Source: Steroidobacterales bacterium (GTDB taxonomy: Bacteria > Pseudomonadota > Gammaproteobacteria > Steroidobacterales > Steroidobacteraceae). Taken from it: a stretch of 64,000 nucleotides of DNA. The notes under the pieces were generated by a model, which did not search any database, was not told the DNA's origin, and saw only the letters and a list, made by a program, of their open reading frames with translations. Numbering within the stretch: position 1 is the stretch's first letter; each line of letters begins with the position of its first letter. Location of the stretch: contig JBBQWY010000010.1 of NCBI GenBank assembly GCA_038210215.1, positions 16,464-80,463 on the forward strand, given 5' to 3'. Below are positions 1 to 9,046 of this stretch, one piece after another. The position numbers and the translations under genes were made by a program.

Positions 1-1001
1 AAAACATGGTCACGAACGGCCCCTACACCGTGGAGTCCTGGGCGCCGGCGGTCAAGGTCGTCAAGTTGCGCCGCAACCCGAATTTCGTCGATGCCGCTGA
101 CGTTGCGATCGAGCGCGTCGAGTGGCTGACCGGTTACGACGATGCGACGCGACTGCGCTTGTTCCGGGTCGGCGAAGTGGACATTGCGACGGTAGAAGAT
201 CCAACCAATCTCGAGCTTGCGCGCCGTGATCTGCGGGCGCGGCTGCGCAGCTCGCCCGAAGCCGTGCTCGGCGCCGTCGGGCTCAACCTCGCGTCCGCGC
301 CACTGCGGGATCCACGGCTGCGGCGGGCGCTGGCGCTGGCCGTGGATCGCACCGTGATGGTCGAGAAAGTGCGCGGTCTTGACGAACGACCCTGGGAAGG
401 CGTCTTGCCCCCGGGTATGGAGGATGTGCCCCAGCCGCGACTGCCAGATTATGCGCAGTGGCCGATGCCGCAGCGTCTTGCCGAAGCGCGTCAGCTTGCC
501 GGTGCGGCCGGAGTCAGCACATCCAAGCCGCTGCAGCTCGGCATCGGTTACCCGATTCCGAATCCGCTTGCTCGCAAAGCGTATCTGGCGCTGTCGGCGA
601 TGTGGCGTGCGATCGGCGTGCGGTTGGAGCTGCAACCGGTCGAAGGACGCGCGTACCTGTCGGCGATGCAGAACGGGCAGTTCCAGGTGTTCAGCCTGAA
701 CAGTTTCGCAACCGTGCCAACGGCAACATTCTTTCTCGACCGCTTTCTGTCGGATGCCACGACCAACTACAGCAAGTACCGCAGCGCTGCATTCGATACG
801 GCGTTCCGCGGCGCGGAGCGGCAGTTGTCGTCTGAAGCGCGTGTGCAAGGCATTCGCGAGGCGGAGCGGATTCTGCTTGACGATCTGCCGTTGATTCCAC
901 TGTTTGCAGGTGCTTCACACCGGGTTATTTCGACACGGGTCCGCGGCTGGGTCGATCACCCGAGTCACTCGCATCCGTCACGGTTTCTGTCGCTTGTCTG
1001 A
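1..1001 (+). CDS. ABC transporter substrate-binding protein, family 5 (peptide/nickel/opine type), 5'-truncated by window edge
   Basis: The frame is open from base 1 and stops at TGA 999-1001. The C-terminal half is clearly paralogous to the next gene (RVRGWVDHPSHSHPSRFLSL versus RVRGWTRNPGLSLPSRYLSI; shared RLFRxGExDIA and ARRDLxARLRS blocks). Confidence 0.8.
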   Translation, partial: NMVTNGPYTVESWAPAVKVVKLRRNPNFVDAADVAIERVEWLTGYDDATRLRLFRVGEVDIATVEDPTNLELARRDLRARLRSSPEAVLGAVGLNLASAPLRDPRLRRALALAVDRTVMVEKVRGLDERPWEGVLPPGMEDVPQPRLPDYAQWPMPQRLAEARQLAGAAGVSTSKPLQLGIGYPIPNPLARKAYLALSAMWRAIGVRLELQPVEGRAYLSAMQNGQFQVFSLNSFATVPTATFFLDRFLSDATTNYSKYRSAAFDTAFRGAERQLSSEARVQGIREAERILLDDLPLIPLFAGASHRVISTRVRGWVDHPSHSHPSRFLSLV

Positions 1002-2598
1002 GCGTCGCCGCTTCCTGCAAGGCGCACTGGCGACCGGCGCGACCGCGCTGCTGCCCGTTCGTGCGAGGGCCGAGGATGCTGGTAGCGCCGATTCCTCCAA
1101 CACGTCGTTGCGGCGGGCGCGTGGCGGCAATCTGACCACGCTCGATCCGCATCGTCCGATCTCGGCGGCCGATATGGAGATCGCCGCAGACTTGTTCACG
1201 GGGCTCACAGCGACCGATGCCGCGGGCCGCATCGTGCCCGGTGCCGCGGAGCGCTGGAGCGTCAGCAGCGATGGCCTGCGGTATGAATTCGATTTGCGGC
1301 GCGATCTGCGCTGGTCGGACGGGCGGGCATTGACCGCCGCAGACTGCGTGGCCAGCTTCCGGCGAATGCTCGCGCCCGCTACCGCTGCGCTGCTGGGCTA
1401 TCGCTACGATGCGATCGGCAATGCGCGCGCGGTCCGCACAGGGCGCAGCGCCCCGGACGCGCTGCGCGTCAGTCATAGCGGTACCACCCGCGTCAGCTTC
1501 CAGCTCGAGCGGCCGGAGACAGACTTCCTGAAGCTGCTGGCGATTGCCTACCTCGTGCCGCTACACGCGATTGCCGCTGCAGGGCGCGACTGGGCCAAGC
1601 CGCCTGCGATCGTGGTCAGCGGCGCGTATCGCGCCAGCAGCTGGGCGCAGAACGGCACGCTGGTGCTGGAGCGCAATCCGCGATTCTTTGACGCTGCACG
1701 GGTGGCGGTCGCGCGCGTCGACTGGGTGCTCGGGATCGATGACGCGACCCGCGTGCGCTTGTTCCGCGCTGGCGAACTCGATATCGCCGAAATCACCGAC
1801 GGCTCGCAACTGGCGGTCGCGCGGCGCGACCTGGCAGCGCGGCTGCGCTCGGTGCCGTTCTACGGCGGCGGTTGGATCGGTTTGAATGTGCAGCGCGAAG
1901 TCTTCGCCGATGCGCGAGTGCGCCGCGCGCTGGCGCTCGCGACTGATCGCACTGCACTCACGAGCCAGGTTCGGCGGCTTGGCGAACGACCCACCGAAAG
2001 TCTGGTGCCCGATGCCGTGGCCGACTACCCGGTACGCGCGAGCCCTGAGCACGCGGCGTGGCGGATGCCGCAGCGGATCGCGGCCGCGCGCGAACTGCTG
2101 GCCGCCGCGGGCGTCTCGCCGGTGCGACCGCAGACGGTCCGCGCAATCTACTCCAGCAACCCGCTGACGCAGCGGACCTACCTCGCTCTGAATGCGATGT
2201 GGTCCAGGCTCGGTATCCGCGTCGAGCCGGTGGGTCTCGAGTCGCGTGCCTACAATGTCGCGCTGTCGCAGCGCGATTTCGACCTGATGGAGTACGCGCC
2301 GTTCTCGGTGGTGCAGAGTGCGACATCGTTCATCGGGCGTTTCAGATCAGACTCATTCCTGAACTACTCCGGCTATTCAAACCCCGAGGTGGACCGGCTG
2401 ATCGATCTGGCCGAACGGCAGCTGGATCCGGCACTGCGCGCGGCGCGCTATCTCGACGCGGAGCGGATCCTGCTGCGCGAGTATCCGGTGATTCCGCTGT
2501 TCTCGGGCGTCGCGCACCGGCTGGTGGCGGCGCGGGTGCGCGGCTGGACGCGCAACCCGGGTCTTTCGCTACCGTCGCGTTATCTGTCCATTGGCTAG
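994..2598 (+). CDS. ABC transporter substrate-binding protein, family 5, with twin-arginine signal
   Basis: The ORF runs 904-2598. The Tat-like SERRRFLQGALATGATALLPVRA lies directly after an in-frame TTG at 994, which overlaps the upstream stop; alternative starts are ATG 904 and GTG 910. It is a full-length SBP_bac_5-like protein and a tandem paralogue of the preceding gene. Confidence 0.85.
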   Translation: MSERRRFLQGALATGATALLPVRARAEDAGSADSSNTSLRRARGGNLTTLDPHRPISAADMEIAADLFTGLTATDAAGRIVPGAAERWSVSSDGLRYEFDLRRDLRWSDGRALTAADCVASFRRMLAPATAALLGYRYDAIGNARAVRTGRSAPDALRVSHSGTTRVSFQLERPETDFLKLLAIAYLVPLHAIAAAGRDWAKPPAIVVSGAYRASSWAQNGTLVLERNPRFFDAARVAVARVDWVLGIDDATRVRLFRAGELDIAEITDGSQLAVARRDLAARLRSVPFYGGGWIGLNVQREVFADARVRRALALATDRTALTSQVRRLGERPTESLVPDAVADYPVRASPEHAAWRMPQRIAAARELLAAAGVSPVRPQTVRAIYSSNPLTQRTYLALNAMWSRLGIRVEPVGLESRAYNVALSQRDFDLMEYAPFSVVQSATSFIGRFRSDSFLNYSGYSNPEVDRLIDLAERQLDPALRAARYLDAERILLREYPVIPLFSGVAHRLVAARVRGWTRNPGLSLPSRYLSIG

Positions 2599-2622
2599 CG
2601 GCGCGCGCCGCGGGAGTTCGCC

Positions 2623-3402
2623 ATGCGTCGACTGTTGATCCTGCTCACGGCTTTGATGACCACCGCTGGGTACGCGGCCGACTCACCGGGCTCGGTGTTG
2701 ATCACCGGGGCGAGCCGCGGGATCGGCTTCGAATTTGCGCGCCAGTATGCAGAAGCCGGCTGGCAGGTCTTTGCCACCGCGCGCAATCCGCAGGGGTCCG
2801 AGAACCTGACGGCGCTGGCCACCGCGCATGCGAACGTGCGGCTCGAGCAGCTCGATGTCATCGACGGCGACAGCATCGCCGCGCTTGCCAAGCGGCTCGA
2901 CGGCGCGCCGATCGACGTGCTGATCAACAATGCCGGCGACACCGATGGCTTTCGTGGCCAGAGTTTCGGCAAGCTCGCGCACGATCGCTTCAACTATGCG
3001 ATGGAGCTGAACGCACACGGACCGATACGGGTCGCCGAGGCGCTGTATCCGAATGTGCTCGCAAGCCGGCAGAAAAGAATCGTCGCGATCACGTCGCTCG
3101 CCGGTTCGTTCGGCGTCAAGGGTGGCGGGATGCCGGGCGGCTACTGGTACAAGGCCAGCAAGTCGGCGCTCAACATGCTGATGCTGTCGCTGGCCGCTGA
3201 CGTGCGTGCGGAGGGTGTCACCGTCGCCTGCCTGTCGCCAGGCACGGTCGACACGCAGGGCTTTGCAGAACGCGGCATGGCGATGCCCGGCATGATCGAC
3301 GTCAAGGTCAGCGTCACGGGCATGCGCAAGGTCATTGACGGACTCAGCCTCGATTCGACGGGTGCGTTCATCCGCTACAACGGCGAACCCCAGCCCTGGT
3401 GA
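2623..3402 (+). CDS. Short-chain dehydrogenase/reductase (C-factor/sniffer-like SDR) with N-terminal Sec-type signal peptide
   Basis: The cofactor motif is VLITGASRGIGFEF and there is a YxxxK region (YKASKSALNML). GGGAG at 2612-2616 sits 6 nt before the ATG. The N-terminus MRRLLILLTALMTTAGYA/AD looks like a cleavable signal peptide. Confidence 0.85.
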   Translation: MRRLLILLTALMTTAGYAADSPGSVLITGASRGIGFEFARQYAEAGWQVFATARNPQGSENLTALATAHANVRLEQLDVIDGDSIAALAKRLDGAPIDVLINNAGDTDGFRGQSFGKLAHDRFNYAMELNAHGPIRVAEALYPNVLASRQKRIVAITSLAGSFGVKGGGMPGGYWYKASKSALNMLMLSLAADVRAEGVTVACLSPGTVDTQGFAERGMAMPGMIDVKVSVTGMRKVIDGLSLDSTGAFIRYNGEPQPW

Positions 3403-3417
3403 GGCAATGCCCCGCGA

Positions 3418-4254
3418 TCAGTGCGAGTCGGGCGCGAAATCGCTGTCGGTCAGGATCTGCCGCTTGCGGAACAGCGACATGAAAAAGCGCTTGCCGGCCT
3501 TGGCGCCGGTGAGCCAGGCGACCCGCGCGCCGGTCTTGTGGTTGCGCAGGATGCCGTCCGCAAGCCAGGGCGTGACCGTCTCGACGCGGTCGGCGAGGAT
3601 ATTGTAGACACGCTTGGTGCGTTCCCAATCCGCCGGCGTCTTCGCGCCGCCCATGTCGCGCTTCAACAGGTCGGTGATCACGATACCCGGGCTCAGGTAG
3701 CAGATGCGCACGCGACTGCCGCGCGTTTCGGCGAGCAGCGCCTTGTTGAAATACGTCAGCGCAAACTTGCTGGCGCCGTAAAGACTCATGCCTGGGGTCT
3801 TCATGCCGCTCGAACCGAAGCCTTCCATGTTGTAGATCGTGCCGCCGTTGGGCTGCGACTCCATGCCGCGCATCGCCACCTGGGTCGCAAGCATCATGCC
3901 GAGCAGATTGGTTTCCTCGACGGAGCGGATATCTCCGGCGCGCATTTCGCCGCCACGCTGGCGATCGTGGGAGATGCCCGCGTTGTTGACCCAGATGTCG
4001 ATGCGCCCGAACTCGCGCCGTACCTGATCCCAGCAGGCCCGCACTTCGTCGAGCTTCGCGATATCGCAGCCGATGCCGATTGCGCGGGCGCTGCCTGTCG
4101 CTGACGATTGCAACTCGCCGGCAACTTTTGCTGCGGTGGCAGCGTCGCGTCCGGTGATCGCCACATGCTGGCCGCGTTCGAGCAGTGAACGGGCCAGGCC
4201 CTTGCCGATGCCGCGGGTGCCGCCTGTTACGACGATGACGTTTTGAGTGCTCAT
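3418..4254 (-). CDS. SDR family oxidoreductase with ~80-aa C-terminal extension
   Basis: Motifs are VIVVTGGTRGIGKGLA, NNAG and YGASKFAL. The C-terminal tail (VETVTPWLADGILRNHKTGARVAWLTGAKAGKRFFMSLFRKRQIL) is paralogous to the tail of the divergent neighbour. Confidence 0.85.
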   Translation of the reverse strand: MSTQNVIVVTGGTRGIGKGLARSLLERGQHVAITGRDAATAAKVAGELQSSATGSARAIGIGCDIAKLDEVRACWDQVRREFGRIDIWVNNAGISHDRQRGGEMRAGDIRSVEETNLLGMMLATQVAMRGMESQPNGGTIYNMEGFGSSGMKTPGMSLYGASKFALTYFNKALLAETRGSRVRICYLSPGIVITDLLKRDMGGAKTPADWERTKRVYNILADRVETVTPWLADGILRNHKTGARVAWLTGAKAGKRFFMSLFRKRQILTDSDFAPDSH

Positions 4255-4370
4255 GGCAGCATGCTAGGCGCGAGGTCGTAAGCGACCGCCGGCTGCTCGC
4301 GCGGCGTCCGATGAGTGGTCAGGGGTCCCGGCATGCGGCCGCTGCGGCGGCACGTCAGTATTCTCGCGCG

Positions 4371-5234
4371 ATGACCAGCCAGCTTCAGAGCGTGATCGTG
4401 ACGGGCGCCACGCAGGGCCTGGGGTTTGGCTATGCGCGCGAGTTTCTGGCGCGCGGCCACAACGTGCTGATCTGCGGTCGGCATGCCGAGTCCGTTGACG
4501 CCGCCGTCGGCCGGCTCGAGCAGGCGATTCAGGCGGCAGGCGGCAGCAAGCCGCGGGTGGTCGGTGCCGTCTGCGACGCGTCGGAACTGCTGCAGCTTGC
4601 GGCGCTGTGGGAGCGCGGCACGCAGGAATTCGGCCGCGTCGACATCTGGTTGCACAACGCAGGATTCGCACGCACGGGCCAGAGTTTTGCCGATACGACG
4701 CCCGACGACATCGCGGCGATGGTGCGCTCGAACGTGATCGGCAGCATGAACGCCGCGCAGGTGGCGATTGCCGGCATGCAGCGCCAGGGAGGCAGCGGCA
4801 AGCTGTATCTGACGCTGGGCGGCGGCGGCGCATCAGGGCGCGTCGTGCCGGGGATGACGGTCTACTCGACCACGAAGCGTGCCGTAAAGTATTTCGCCGA
4901 CACGCTGGTCAAGGAACGTCTCGAGGCGAAGGACGACTCGATCCTGATCGGCACGATCAGCCCCGGTGTCAACATGACCGAGGGCATGCTGCGCGAACTG
5001 GCGGACCTATCCGCTGCGGAGCGGCCGAAAGCGCTCAAGCAGCTGAACTTCATCGGTGAGCACGTCGAGACCACGACACCGTGGATTGTCGAGCGCATCC
5101 TGAACGACCAGAAGCAGGGCAATGACATCAGCTGGTTGACCAGCGGCCGTATGCTGGGCCGCGCGGTCTCTATGCTCTTCAGCAAACGTGATCTGCTATC
5201 GCGCTATGGACTCAACACAAAGGTCAGCTCATGA
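4371..5234 (+). CDS. SDR family oxidoreductase with C-terminal extension (paralogue of 3418-4254)
   Basis: The ORF runs 4311-5234. ATG 4371 (MTSQLQSVIVTGATQGLGFGYA) gives a canonical SDR N-terminus. HNAG and YSTTKRAV motifs are present. The tail is VETTTPWIVERILNDQKQGNDISWLTSGRMLGRAVSMLFSKRDLL. Confidence 0.8.
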   Translation: MTSQLQSVIVTGATQGLGFGYAREFLARGHNVLICGRHAESVDAAVGRLEQAIQAAGGSKPRVVGAVCDASELLQLAALWERGTQEFGRVDIWLHNAGFARTGQSFADTTPDDIAAMVRSNVIGSMNAAQVAIAGMQRQGGSGKLYLTLGGGGASGRVVPGMTVYSTTKRAVKYFADTLVKERLEAKDDSILIGTISPGVNMTEGMLRELADLSAAERPKALKQLNFIGEHVETTTPWIVERILNDQKQGNDISWLTSGRMLGRAVSMLFSKRDLLSRYGLNTKVSS

Positions 5235-6181
5235 ATGAATCCACTCTGAAGCCGCCTGCGGTCGGCGATGTGTTTGTTGCGGCCACGCAGCTCAACAATG
5301 CGGAAGATGATCACATGGGGCGTGGACGCATCCTGCAGTTCGCCGCGGATCTGTCACCGAAGGGCGAGCTCTGGCTGAACGACACTACCAACCTCGTCGG
5401 TGGCCTGAAGTTCGACTCGAAGGGCGTGCTGTGGGCGTTCGACAGCCAGGCGTTCGTCGTGCTGAATATCCATCCCGATGGCCGGGTCGAGCGCCGCGAC
5501 TTCGGCGCGCGAGCCTTTTCGCACGTGAACTTCACGCGCGGCGGCGACCTGCTGCTCGGCGAACATGTGGTCGGCGAGACGATCAAGCCGGAGATCCTTG
5601 CCCGCATGCACACGAAGATCCCGACGATGCCGGGCACGAAGCGCTTCGGTGATGGCCACGTCTGGAAGTACACGGCCGATGGCGCGCTGCTCAAGGAGTA
5701 CGCCACCGAGACGCAAGGCGGCATGGGTGGCTTCCTCGGGGTCACGATGTCGGCGCTGTCGTCCGACGAGTCGACGCTGGTCTACTGCTCTGAAACCGGG
5801 CCGCGCCTGCTGCGCTATGACCTCGCGGCTGATCGCCAGCTGCCGGACCTGCAGCACATCCAGCCGCCGTATCCGCCTGGCCCGCCGCCGATGTTCTTCG
5901 GCATGGAATACGCGGCCGATGGCACGCTCTATGTGCTGCGTGGGGGCGGCATTCATGTCGTCGATGCGGCAGGCAGGACGATCCGCGAGATTCCGCTCGA
6001 GGGCTTCGGTTGGGCGCTGATGGACCTGTCGCAGGGCGCGCGCTACGCCTACGTCAGCAGTTTTTTCTCCGGCGAAGTCGCCAAGATAGACCTCGCTTCG
6101 GGCGCGAAACTCGGCAGCATCCAGACCGCGGCACCGAAAGCGGTTGCCGGGCTCGTCGAGTACCAGGGCGAGGGTGGCTGA
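5231..6181 (+). CDS. Hypothetical protein, probable beta-propeller fold (SGL/NHL-like)
   Basis: This 316-aa ORF has GC3-rich codon usage. Its ATG overlaps the upstream stop (ATGA 5231-5234). Repeated short hydrophobic strand/Gly-Asp turn segments (GVLWAFDS, GDLLLGEH, TLVYCSE, GTLYVLRGGGIHVVD, YAYVSSFFSGEVAKIDL) suggest propeller blades. I recognise no named family. Confidence 0.6.
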   Translation: MNESTLKPPAVGDVFVAATQLNNAEDDHMGRGRILQFAADLSPKGELWLNDTTNLVGGLKFDSKGVLWAFDSQAFVVLNIHPDGRVERRDFGARAFSHVNFTRGGDLLLGEHVVGETIKPEILARMHTKIPTMPGTKRFGDGHVWKYTADGALLKEYATETQGGMGGFLGVTMSALSSDESTLVYCSETGPRLLRYDLAADRQLPDLQHIQPPYPPGPPPMFFGMEYAADGTLYVLRGGGIHVVDAAGRTIREIPLEGFGWALMDLSQGARYAYVSSFFSGEVAKIDLASGAKLGSIQTAAPKAVAGLVEYQGEGG

Positions 6182-6860
6182 GGTCGCTGCGGCATCGCCG
6201 CTCGCGTCGCTGCAGGCAGTCGCGTTCGATCTCGACGGCACGCTGATCGACAGCGTTCCGGATCTGGCGCAGGCCGTCGATGCGATGCTGGCCGAGCTCG
6301 GCGCGCCAGCACTGGCTGCCGGCAGCGTGACGACCTTGATCGGCAACGGCTTCGAGGCATTGGTCGAACGAGCCTACCAGCAGTCGATCGGCCGCACGGC
6401 CACGCCTGCCGAGCTGCAGCAGGCGCGCGCGACTTTCGCTGCGGCGTATTCGCGGCGCTTGTTCGACCGTAGCGCGATCTACCCGCGGGTCGAAGCGACA
6501 CTCGATGCGCTCGGCGAGCGCGGCCTGCGCGTCGGCTGCATCACCAATAAGTCACTGGTGTTCGCGGCGCCGCTGCTCGAGGCGGCGGGGCTGCGCACGC
6601 GGCTCGACTTCGTGTTGGCGCCGGCAACGGTCGCCGAGCGCAAGCCCTCACCTGTCCTGCTGCAGAGGGCTCTGTCGCACTGGGCGATCGAACCACCGCA
6701 GATGCTGTACGTCGGCGACTCGCACGTGGACATCGGCGCCGCGCGCGCCGCCGGCTCACCGGTCGCATTTGTCCGCTATGGCTACGGGCGCGTCGGAGCA
6801 AGCGGCGCGCCGGACTACAGTCTCGGTTGCGTCAGCGAGTTGCTAGACTCCCACCCCTGA
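6174..6860 (+). CDS. gph: Phosphoglycolate phosphatase-like HAD hydrolase
   Basis: The HAD motif I is FDLDGTLIDSVPDLAQAVDAML, followed by ITNK and a late YVGDSHVDIGAARAAG motif. GTG 6174 overlaps the upstream stop (6179-6181); the alternative start is TTG 6144. Confidence 0.75.
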   Translation: MAEVAAASPLASLQAVAFDLDGTLIDSVPDLAQAVDAMLAELGAPALAAGSVTTLIGNGFEALVERAYQQSIGRTATPAELQQARATFAAAYSRRLFDRSAIYPRVEATLDALGERGLRVGCITNKSLVFAAPLLEAAGLRTRLDFVLAPATVAERKPSPVLLQRALSHWAIEPPQMLYVGDSHVDIGAARAAGSPVAFVRYGYGRVGASGAPDYSLGCVSELLDSHP

Positions 6861-6910
6861 CGTCGCCATGCGCGGGTCCTGGCGCGGGTCCGTGACCTCT
6901 GGAGCTTGCC

Positions 6911-7444
6911 TTGCTTTACGTACTCAGAGAAAAGTCTGTCGTGATCCAGGGCGATTTCTTCGTTGCGCCGTCGGCGCAGTTGATTGGGCAGGTGGAGCTG
7001 GGACACGAGGCCAGCGTCTGGTTCAATGCGGTGATCCGCGCCGACACAGACTGGATCCGGATCGGTGCTGGCAGCAATGTGCAGGACGGTACCGTCATTC
7101 ACACTGATCCGGGATATCCGACATCGATCGGTGCAGAGGTCACGATCGGCCACATGGCGCTCCTGCACAGCTGTGACGTCGGTGACGAATCCCTGATTGG
7201 CAACGGCGCGATGTTGCTAGATCGCGTCCGCGTCGGCCGACAGTGCATCATTGCTGCGGGCACGCTACTGCCGCCTGACAAGGTCATTCCGGATCGCTCG
7301 GTCGTCATGGGCGCGCCAGGCCGGATCGTTCGGGAGGTCACCGCAGAGGATCTTCGGATGATCGCGCATGGCGCAGCTACTTATAGAGAGCGGGCCGCGC
7401 GCTACCGCGCTGAGCTCTGCATCGATCCGCGAACCCCGGCATGA
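6911..7444 (+). CDS. Gamma-carbonic-anhydrase-like / hexapeptide-repeat (LbH) protein (YrdA/PaaY/CaiE family)
   Basis: The start is TTG 6911, with GGAG at 6901-6904. Left-handed beta-helix repeats are present, and the [10 protein letters not shown]...[16 protein letters not shown] and [10 protein letters not shown] signatures are typical of the family. Confidence 0.85.
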   Translation: MLYVLREKSVVIQGDFFVAPSAQLIGQVELGHEASVWFNAVIRADTDWIRIGAGSNVQDGTVIHTDPGYPTSIGAEVTIGHMALLHSCDVGDESLIGNGAMLLDRVRVGRQCIIAAGTLLPPDKVIPDRSVVMGAPGRIVREVTAEDLRMIAHGAATYRERAARYRAELCIDPRTPA

Positions 7445-8988
7445 CCCGCATCCTTCTGCAGCCCGGTCGAGTGGCGCTGGCGCAGTGGGAGGCGATCTAT
7501 CACGGTGCCCTTCCCGTGCTGCCACCCGAAGTGGGTGCGGTGCTGACGCGCAGCGCGACGACCGTCGAGCAGATCGTCGCGCGGGATGAACCGGTCTATG
7601 GCATCAACACCGGGTTTGGGCGGCTGGCTTCGGTGCGCATCGGCAATGCCGACCTGCGACAGCTGCAGCGCAATCTGGTGCTGTCGCATGCCGCGGGAGT
7701 CGGACCGCCGACACCGCCCGCGGTCGTGCGACTGATGATGGCGCTGAAGCTCGCCAACCTCGCGCAGGGTTTCTCGGGTGTGCGCGCGACGACCGTCGAG
7801 CTGCTGCAGCAGTTGCTGCAGAGGGATCTGCTACCGGTGATTCCCGCGCAAGGATCGGTTGGCGCATCGGGCGATCTCGCGCCGCTTGCGCATCTGGCTG
7901 CAGCGATGATCGGTGAGGGTGAGGTCGAAGTCGCCGGCACGCGCCAACCGGCGCTGCAGACGATGCGCGCCGCGGGGCTTGCACCCTGCGAGCTGGGTCC
8001 GAAAGAAGGTCTCGCCCTGCTGAACGGCACGCAGTTCTCGTGCGCGTGGGCGCTCGCGGCGCTGTTCGAGTCGCAGAACCTGTGGCGCTCCGCGCTGATC
8101 ACCGGAGCGCTCGCAACCGAGGCGGCGCGTGGCTCGGACGCGCCGTTCGATCCGCGCATTCATCAGCTGCGCGGCCATCCCGGCCAGATCGAGGCGGCTG
8201 CGGCGACCCGTGCGCTGATGAACGGTTCCGCGATTCGAGCCTCGCATCGCAGCGGTGACGAACGCGTGCAGGATCCGTACTGCCTGCGCTGCCAACCGCA
8301 GGTCATGGGTGCGGTGTTGCAGTTGCTGCGTGATGCTGCCGACTGCCTCGGCAGGGAAGCGAATGGCGTTACCGACAATCCGCTGATTTTCGCGGACGAA
8401 GGCGAAGCGCTCTCCGGCGGAAACTTCCATGCGGCGCCGGTCGCTTTTGCCGCCGACATAATGGCGCTGGCGATCTGCGAGATCGGCTCACTGGCTGAAC
8501 GTCGGATCGCCATGCTCGTCGACGCGGACCTGTCGCAGTTGCCGGCGTTCCTGACCCCTCATCCGGGCCTGAATTCCGGTTTCATGATTCCGCAGGTCAC
8601 CGCTGCGGCGCTGGTCGCAGAGAACAAGCAGCGCGCGGCACCGGCGAGCATCGATTCCATTCCGACTTCTGCGAACCAGGAAGACCACGTTTCGATGGCT
8701 GCGCATGCTTCGCGGCGCCTGCTGCCGATGCTCGACAACGCGGTTACGATCATCGGTATCGAGCTGCTGGTGGCGGCGCAGGGCTGTGATTTCCTGGCGC
8801 CGCTGCGTTCAGGCGCGGCGCTGGAGCGGGTGCGTGCTCGTCTGCGCAGCATTGTACCGACGCTGGCCGAGGATCGACTCATGCATCCCGATATGGCCGC
8901 GGCCGCTGAACTGGTTCGATCTGGCTCAATTGTGGCCGTCGCTGCCGAGCCCAGCCTGCCGCGCGTGTTTACCGCATCGGCAGCTTGA
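7441..8988 (+). CDS. hutH: Histidine ammonia-lyase (MIO-dependent aromatic amino acid lyase family)
   Basis: [16 protein letters not shown] contains the Ala-Ser-Gly MIO triad. NTGFG and [14 protein letters not shown] (a Ser-His pair, as in HALs) are present. The ATG overlaps the upstream stop (ATGA 7441-7444). Confidence 0.85.
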   Translation: MTRILLQPGRVALAQWEAIYHGALPVLPPEVGAVLTRSATTVEQIVARDEPVYGINTGFGRLASVRIGNADLRQLQRNLVLSHAAGVGPPTPPAVVRLMMALKLANLAQGFSGVRATTVELLQQLLQRDLLPVIPAQGSVGASGDLAPLAHLAAAMIGEGEVEVAGTRQPALQTMRAAGLAPCELGPKEGLALLNGTQFSCAWALAALFESQNLWRSALITGALATEAARGSDAPFDPRIHQLRGHPGQIEAAAATRALMNGSAIRASHRSGDERVQDPYCLRCQPQVMGAVLQLLRDAADCLGREANGVTDNPLIFADEGEALSGGNFHAAPVAFAADIMALAICEIGSLAERRIAMLVDADLSQLPAFLTPHPGLNSGFMIPQVTAAALVAENKQRAAPASIDSIPTSANQEDHVSMAAHASRRLLPMLDNAVTIIGIELLVAAQGCDFLAPLRSGAALERVRARLRSIVPTLAEDRLMHPDMAAAAELVRSGSIVAVAAEPSLPRVFTASAA

Positions 8989-9025
8989 CGGCTGACTATT
9001 AACAGAGTACTTTGTAATTCAAAGT
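8985..9025 (+). promoter_or_regulatory. Putative sigma70-type promoter with overlapping palindromic operator
   Basis: The promoter is TTGACG (8985-8990), a 17-nt spacer, then TACTTT (9008-9013). The inverted repeat ACTTTG-taatt-CAAAGT (9009-9025) overlaps the -10 box. All of this lies in the only AT-rich patch upstream of the 9047 ORF. Confidence 0.3.
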
Positions 9026-9046
9026 TGACTGCCGGGGTGTCCGATC

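Noticed and set aside
7441-8988. The ammonia-lyase as a phenylalanine or tyrosine ammonia-lyase, or an aminomutase of a natural-product cluster.
   Set aside because: The selectivity region reads L-S-H-A-A-G (Ser-His), as in histidine ammonia-lyases, rather than the His-Leu or Phe-Leu of TAL and PAL. No PKS, NRPS or CoA-ligase partners are nearby. The unusual context is still reported as a finding.
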